Of a stretch of 24,000 bases of DNA, positions 20,279 through 24,000 are shown piece by piece. The translations under genes and the position numbers were made by a program. The notes below the pieces were generated by a model, which was not told where the DNA came from, searched no databases, and saw only the letters and a program-made list of their open reading frames with translations. This stretch comes from Ralstonia flatus (GTDB taxonomy: Bacteria; Pseudomonadota; Gammaproteobacteria; Burkholderiales; Burkholderiaceae). How positions within the stretch are numbered: the stretch's first letter is position 1; each line of letters starts with the position of its first letter. The DNA is taken from the NCBI RefSeq assembly GCF_958439105.1, contig NZ_CAUDLI010000006.1:35261-59260 (forward strand), in the 5' to 3' direction.

Positions 20279-20884
20279 TCAGCCCACGCGGTACACCCGG
20301 CCGCTCTGCACGCCCTCCACGCTGCGCCGATACGCCAACGCCGCGCGCGCTGCCGAGACCGGCTCGAAGCCCGGGAAGAACGGGCCATATGCTTCCATCG
20401 ATTCGGTCAGCACCGTCGGGCTCACCGCGTTGATGCGGATGCCGCGCGGCAGCTCGCACGCGGCGGCGCGCACAAAGCCCTCCACCCCCGCGTTCACCGC
20501 AGTGGCGTTGGCGCCTTGTGCGATCGGCTCCTGCCCCACGATGCCGGTCGTCAGCGTGATCGAGCCGCCGTCGTTCAGATAATGCTGACCGACCAGCGCC
20601 AGGCGCACCTGGCCAAGCAGCTTGTCCTGCAGGCCAACGTTGAAATCCGCGGCCGTCATCTTGATCAGCGGCCCGAAGAACAGATTGCCCGCAGTGGAGA
20701 CGATGGCGTCGACGCGACCGAGCCTGTCGAACAGCGCCGCCACGCTGTCTGCGTTGGTGATGTCGACTTGATGCTCGCCCTGCGTGCGGCCGACGCGGAT
20801 GATTTCGTGCGCCCCGCCCTGCTCCAGTGCTGCCACCACGGCGCGGCCCAGTGTGCCGCTGGCGCCAATCACGACGATTTTCAT
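20279..20884 (-). CDS. Short-chain dehydrogenase/reductase (SDR) family protein, about 200 aa
   Basis: The start was trimmed to the ATG at 20884, preceded by AAGGAG. The product begins MKIVVIGASGTLGRAVV, a Rossmann glycine motif. It lies divergent from the LysR gene at 20992. Confidence 0.88.
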   Translation of the reverse strand: MKIVVIGASGTLGRAVVAALEQGGAHEIIRVGRTQGEHQVDITNADSVAALFDRLGRVDAIVSTAGNLFFGPLIKMTAADFNVGLQDKLLGQVRLALVGQHYLNDGGSITLTTGIVGQEPIAQGANATAVNAGVEGFVRAAACELPRGIRINAVSPTVLTESMEAYGPFFPGFEPVSAARAALAYRRSVEGVQSGRVYRVG

Positions 20885-20991
20885 GCTGTGCTCCTTCGTC
20901 AATCCGGTTGGAATGGCGCCTATTCTTGGCCGAACCCCTCATGCGATAAAGCCGTGATACCTTCGGGCATTCCAAATCAATGGTTCGGAAT

Positions 20992-21900
20992 ATGGACAAG
21001 CTGCGCAGCATGGAGACCTTCGTCGCCGTGGTCGAAGGCGGCAACTTCACCGAGGCCGCGGCGCGGCTTGAAATGTCCGCGGTGATGGTCGGCAAATATG
21101 TGAGCGCTCTGGAGACGCAGCTGGGCGCGCGCCTGCTCCAGCGCAGCACGCGCCGCCAAAGCCTGACCGACGCCGGGCGCGTGTTCTACGAAGATGCCAA
21201 GCGTGTGCTGGAACAGGTGCGCTGGGCGGAAACGTCCGTCGAACGGCTACGCGCGTCGCCTTCGGGCACGCTCCGCGTGAGCGCGCCGACCACGTTCGGC
21301 GCGTGCGTGATCGCGCCACTGGCCGCGACGTTTCAGCAGGCACATCCGCAGGTGCGCGTGGAGTTGAACCTCAGCAACAGCATGGTCGATCTCGTCGACG
21401 AAGGGTTCGATCTCGCCATCCGCATCGGCCCGCTGGGCGATGCCGATCTGGTTGCCAAGCCGCTGTGCGTGTATCGCATGGTCATCTGCGCGTCGCCGGA
21501 GTACCTGGCGCGGTACGGCCGGCCGGAAACGCCGGCCGACCTGCCGCAGCATCGCTGCCTTTCGCACATGGTTTGGAACAACCGCAATGCGTGGCAGCTT
21601 GCCGGCTGGAGCGGCGCCACGCCCTGGCGCGACGACCCGGCCTTCACCTGCAACGACGGCCATGGCTTGCGCGCGGCCGCGGTTGCCGGTGCCGGCCTGC
21701 TGCTGCAGCCCGAAGTGCTCGTCGCAGAAGACCTGGCAAGCGGCCGACTCGTGCGCGTGCTGCAGGCGTATGCGCCCGAACCGCGGCCGATTCATCTCGT
21801 GTATCGGCAGGATCGGCGGCCGCTGCCGAAGCTCTCCAGCTTTGTGGAACATTTGCTGGCGCACGCACCTAAGTTCGTCCCCGCATCGGGGGCACAATAG
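20992..21900 (+). CDS. LysR-family transcriptional regulator
   Basis: The product begins MDKLRSMETFVAVVEGGNFTEAAARLEMSAVMVGKYVSALETQLGARLLQRSTRR, a canonical LTTR N-terminus. The track's ATG at 20980 would add only MVRN and cannot be excluded. Confidence 0.88.
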   Translation: MDKLRSMETFVAVVEGGNFTEAAARLEMSAVMVGKYVSALETQLGARLLQRSTRRQSLTDAGRVFYEDAKRVLEQVRWAETSVERLRASPSGTLRVSAPTTFGACVIAPLAATFQQAHPQVRVELNLSNSMVDLVDEGFDLAIRIGPLGDADLVAKPLCVYRMVICASPEYLARYGRPETPADLPQHRCLSHMVWNNRNAWQLAGWSGATPWRDDPAFTCNDGHGLRAAAVAGAGLLLQPEVLVAEDLASGRLVRVLQAYAPEPRPIHLVYRQDRRPLPKLSSFVEHLLAHAPKFVPASGAQ

Positions 21901-21905
21901 CGCCC

Positions 21906-22121
21906 ATGAACCCCGAAGACCTCCAACGCCTCGTCACCACGCAAATGCCCTTCGGCAAGTACAAGGGCCGCCTGATTGCCGACCTGCCGGGCCATTACCT
22001 CAACTGGTTTGCGCGCGAGGGCTTTCCGCCGGGGCAGATCGGCCGCTTGCTCGCGCTGATGCAGGAGCTGGATCACAACGGCCTGAAGGGTCTGCTCGAC
22101 CCATTGCGCCAGGGCCGCTGA
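21906..22121 (+). CDS. DUF3820-family small protein (71 aa)
   Basis: The sequence MNPEDLQRLVTTQMPFGKYKGRLIADLPGHYLNWFAREGFPPGQIGRLLALMQEL matches my memory of the MPFGKYKG...YL.WFAR.GFP motif of DUF3820 (Pfam QSregVF_b). It starts 5 nt after the LysR stop. Confidence 0.7.
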   Translation: MNPEDLQRLVTTQMPFGKYKGRLIADLPGHYLNWFAREGFPPGQIGRLLALMQELDHNGLKGLLDPLRQGR

Positions 22122-22133
22122 CAACGCGATCGA

Positions 22134-23030
22134 TCAATCGCCGTTGATGTAACGCAGCAGCCCCGTCGCCAACGCATCAAACACGACGCGGCAGCGCGGG
22201 CTGTCACGCAGGTCTTCGTGCATGGCGAGCCAGGTGTCGAGCGTGATGGAAACCTGATCGCCGAACAGCCGAACCAGGTCTGCGTTGTGCCGCACCAGGC
22301 CGACCTGGCAGAAGCCGATGCCAAAGCCGGCGCGCAGCGCGGCAATCGCAGCCAGGTCACTGTCGGTGCGCAGTGCGAAGCGGTTACGTTGGATCCACGG
22401 GAACTGCGCTCGCACGCTGCGCAGGAATGCGTTCTCCTTGTCGTAGCCGATCAACGTGTGGCCAGCGAGTTCTTCCACCGTGGTTGGCGTGCCGCGCTGT
22501 GCCAGATAGCGCTGGTGCGCAAACAGCCCCAATTCAATCTCCCCCAAGTGCCGCGCGACGAGCACGCCTTGGCTCGGTGGCTGCATGCGCACGGCGATGT
22601 CCGCCTCGCGGCGCAGCAGGTCTTCCATCCGGTTCGAAGGCACCAGCTCGAGCGTCAGCTCCGGATAGGCGGCGTGCAGATCGGCGAGGATGGGCGGCAG
22701 CACCTCCACCGCCACGACCTCGCTGGCGGTGATGCGCACGGTGCCGCGCACGCCCTCGCCCTGGCTCGACGCGGCGCGCAGCAAGGCGGCGCTCGTGGCT
22801 TCGAGCGATTCCGCAAACGGCCGCAGCGATAGCGCCGCTTCTGTGGGGCTCAGCCCCTGCTGCGTTCGGATGAAGAGCGACATGCCCAGCGCCCGTTCGA
22901 GCGCATCGACATGCCGCCCTGCCGTGGGCTGCGTCAGCCCCAGCGCGCGGGCGGCGCCCGACAGCGATCCTTCTCGCACGACGGCAAGAAACGTCCGATA
23001 CAGCTCCCAGCCGGGCTCAGTTCCGCTCAT
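22134..23030 (-). CDS. LysR-family transcriptional regulator
   Basis: The track ORF 22134..23369 was trimmed to the ATG at 23030. The product begins MSGTEPGWELYRTFLAVVREGSLSGAARALGLTQPTAGRHVDALERALG, an LTTR HTH at the expected position. The 113-codon upstream extension has no LTTR counterpart and overlaps the divergent gene's promoter and 5' end. Confidence 0.87.
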   Translation of the reverse strand: MSGTEPGWELYRTFLAVVREGSLSGAARALGLTQPTAGRHVDALERALGMSLFIRTQQGLSPTEAALSLRPFAESLEATSAALLRAASSQGEGVRGTVRITASEVVAVEVLPPILADLHAAYPELTLELVPSNRMEDLLRREADIAVRMQPPSQGVLVARHLGEIELGLFAHQRYLAQRGTPTTVEELAGHTLIGYDKENAFLRSVRAQFPWIQRNRFALRTDSDLAAIAALRAGFGIGFCQVGLVRHNADLVRLFGDQVSITLDTWLAMHEDLRDSPRCRVVFDALATGLLRYINGD

Positions 23031-23135
23031 ACAAATTCGTATAGCTGCACGCTCATCATCAACAATTCCATTGAAGCACAGTCGCGCCCAGAATGCGTCC
23101 ATCGCAACGCTCTCACATACCTCAGGAGCACGGTC

Positions 23136-24000
23136 ATGGAACAGGCAACCCAACAGGCAAAACGCATCGCATTGGTACTGGGCGCCACCGGCGGCATCGG
23201 CGGTGAAGTGGCCCGTCGGCTGGTGGCACGCGGCTGGCATGTGCGGGCGCTGCAGCGCAATCCGGATGCGCTGACGAACCGCAACACCGCGTTCGAATGG
23301 ATCCGCGGCGACGCGATGGTGCGCGAAGACGTGGTTGGCGCGGCCCAGGGCGCGGAACTGATCGTCCACGCCGTCAACCCGCCGGGCTACCAGAACTGGG
23401 CCGGGCTGGTGCTGCCGATGATCGACAACACCATCGCCGCCGCTCGTGCTTCAGGCGCGCGCATCGTGCTGCCGGGCACGGTGTACAACTTTGCGCCGGA
23501 CACGTTTCCCGTGCTGCGCGAAACGACCGCGCAGGCACCGCTCACGCGCAAGGGCAAGATCCGCGCAGAGCTGGAGCGTCGCATGCAGGCCGCCAGCGCA
23601 GACGGCGTGCGCAGCCTGATCGTGCGCGCCGGCGATTTCTTCGGGCCCCAGACCGGCAACACGTGGTTTGCCGGCGCGCTGGTCAAGCCGGGCAAGCCCG
23701 TCCGCACCGTCACGCAGCCGGGCGCCGCGGGCATCGGCCATCAATGGGCATACCTGCCGGACGTGGCCGAAACGATGCTGCGTCTTGTCGAGCAAGGCGA
23801 CCGTCTGCCGGACTTTGCCGTCTACCACATGCGCGGTCACTGGGATGCCGACGGCACGCAGATGGCCGCAGCAATTGGCCGCGCGGTGGGCCGCCCCGTC
23901 AAGACGCGCGCCTTCCCGTGGTGGCTGATGCCCGCGCTGGCGCCGTTCTCGGAGATGCTGCGCGAGATGCGCGAGATGCGATACCTGTGGCAGCACCCGG
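23136..24000 (+). CDS. NAD(P)-binding epimerase/dehydratase-like (NmrA/atypical SDR) protein, 3'-truncated by the window edge
   Basis: Absent from the ORF track because no stop falls in the window. The ATG at 23136 is preceded by AGGAG. The product reads MEQATQQAKRIALVLGATGGIGGEVARRLVARGWHVRAL..., a Rossmann GxxGxxG motif. The frame stays open to 24000, and the gene lies divergent from the LysR gene. Confidence 0.8.
   Translation, partial: MEQATQQAKRIALVLGATGGIGGEVARRLVARGWHVRALQRNPDALTNRNTAFEWIRGDAMVREDVVGAAQGAELIVHAVNPPGYQNWAGLVLPMIDNTIAAARASGARIVLPGTVYNFAPDTFPVLRETTAQAPLTRKGKIRAELERRMQAASADGVRSLIVRAGDFFGPQTGNTWFAGALVKPGKPVRTVTQPGAAGIGHQWAYLPDVAETMLRLVEQGDRLPDFAVYHMRGHWDADGTQMAAAIGRAVGRPVKTRAFPWWLMPALAPFSEMLREMREMRYLWQHP

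Noticed and set aside
22134-23369. 411-aa version of the third LysR ORF
   Set aside because: The first 113 codons have no LTTR counterpart, and they overlap the promoter and 5' coding region of the divergent 23136 gene. The canonical HTH begins right after the ATG at 23030.

Overview
This is a high-GC proteobacterial chromosomal segment. The protein sequences look Burkholderiaceae-like (Ralstonia/Cupriavidus type), but that is an inference from memory, not a search. Most of it is core housekeeping DNA. On the minus strand, mnmG-rsmG-parA-parB (16686..12317) is followed by a complete F1Fo ATP synthase operon, atpIBEFHAGDC (11987..4331). Three consensus or near-consensus parS sites lie in or just upstream of mnmG. 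The left flank (1..4231) holds a partial CoA-binding-protein gene, a secreted DUF3298-type protein, a 570-bp divergent intergenic region, and a 795-aa secreted FecR-like / Trp-rich / Asn-rich / Pro-Gln-rich composite protein. That intergenic region contains a strong orphan plus-strand intrinsic terminator. The right flank (16870..24000) is a run of three LysR-type regulators interleaved with small oxidoreductases (aldo-keto reductase, SDR, NAD-binding epimerase-like), an orphan LivK-type solute-binding protein and a DUF3820 mini-protein. I found no rRNA, tRNA, CRISPR array, transposase, integrase, phage or recognisable defence genes. I cannot support a claim of a new multi-gene system here. 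The least-explained material is the 132..4231 block, meaning the two sensor-domain-like secreted proteins and the orphan terminator or candidate small RNA between them. Several ORF-track starts were trimmed to downstream ATGs with clear Shine-Dalgarno sequences, because the track also counts GTG and TTG as M. One 3'-truncated CDS (23136..24000) and one 5'-fragment (1..111) are absent from the track and were read by hand. The long ORFs antisense to real genes are treated as high-GC shadow ORFs.
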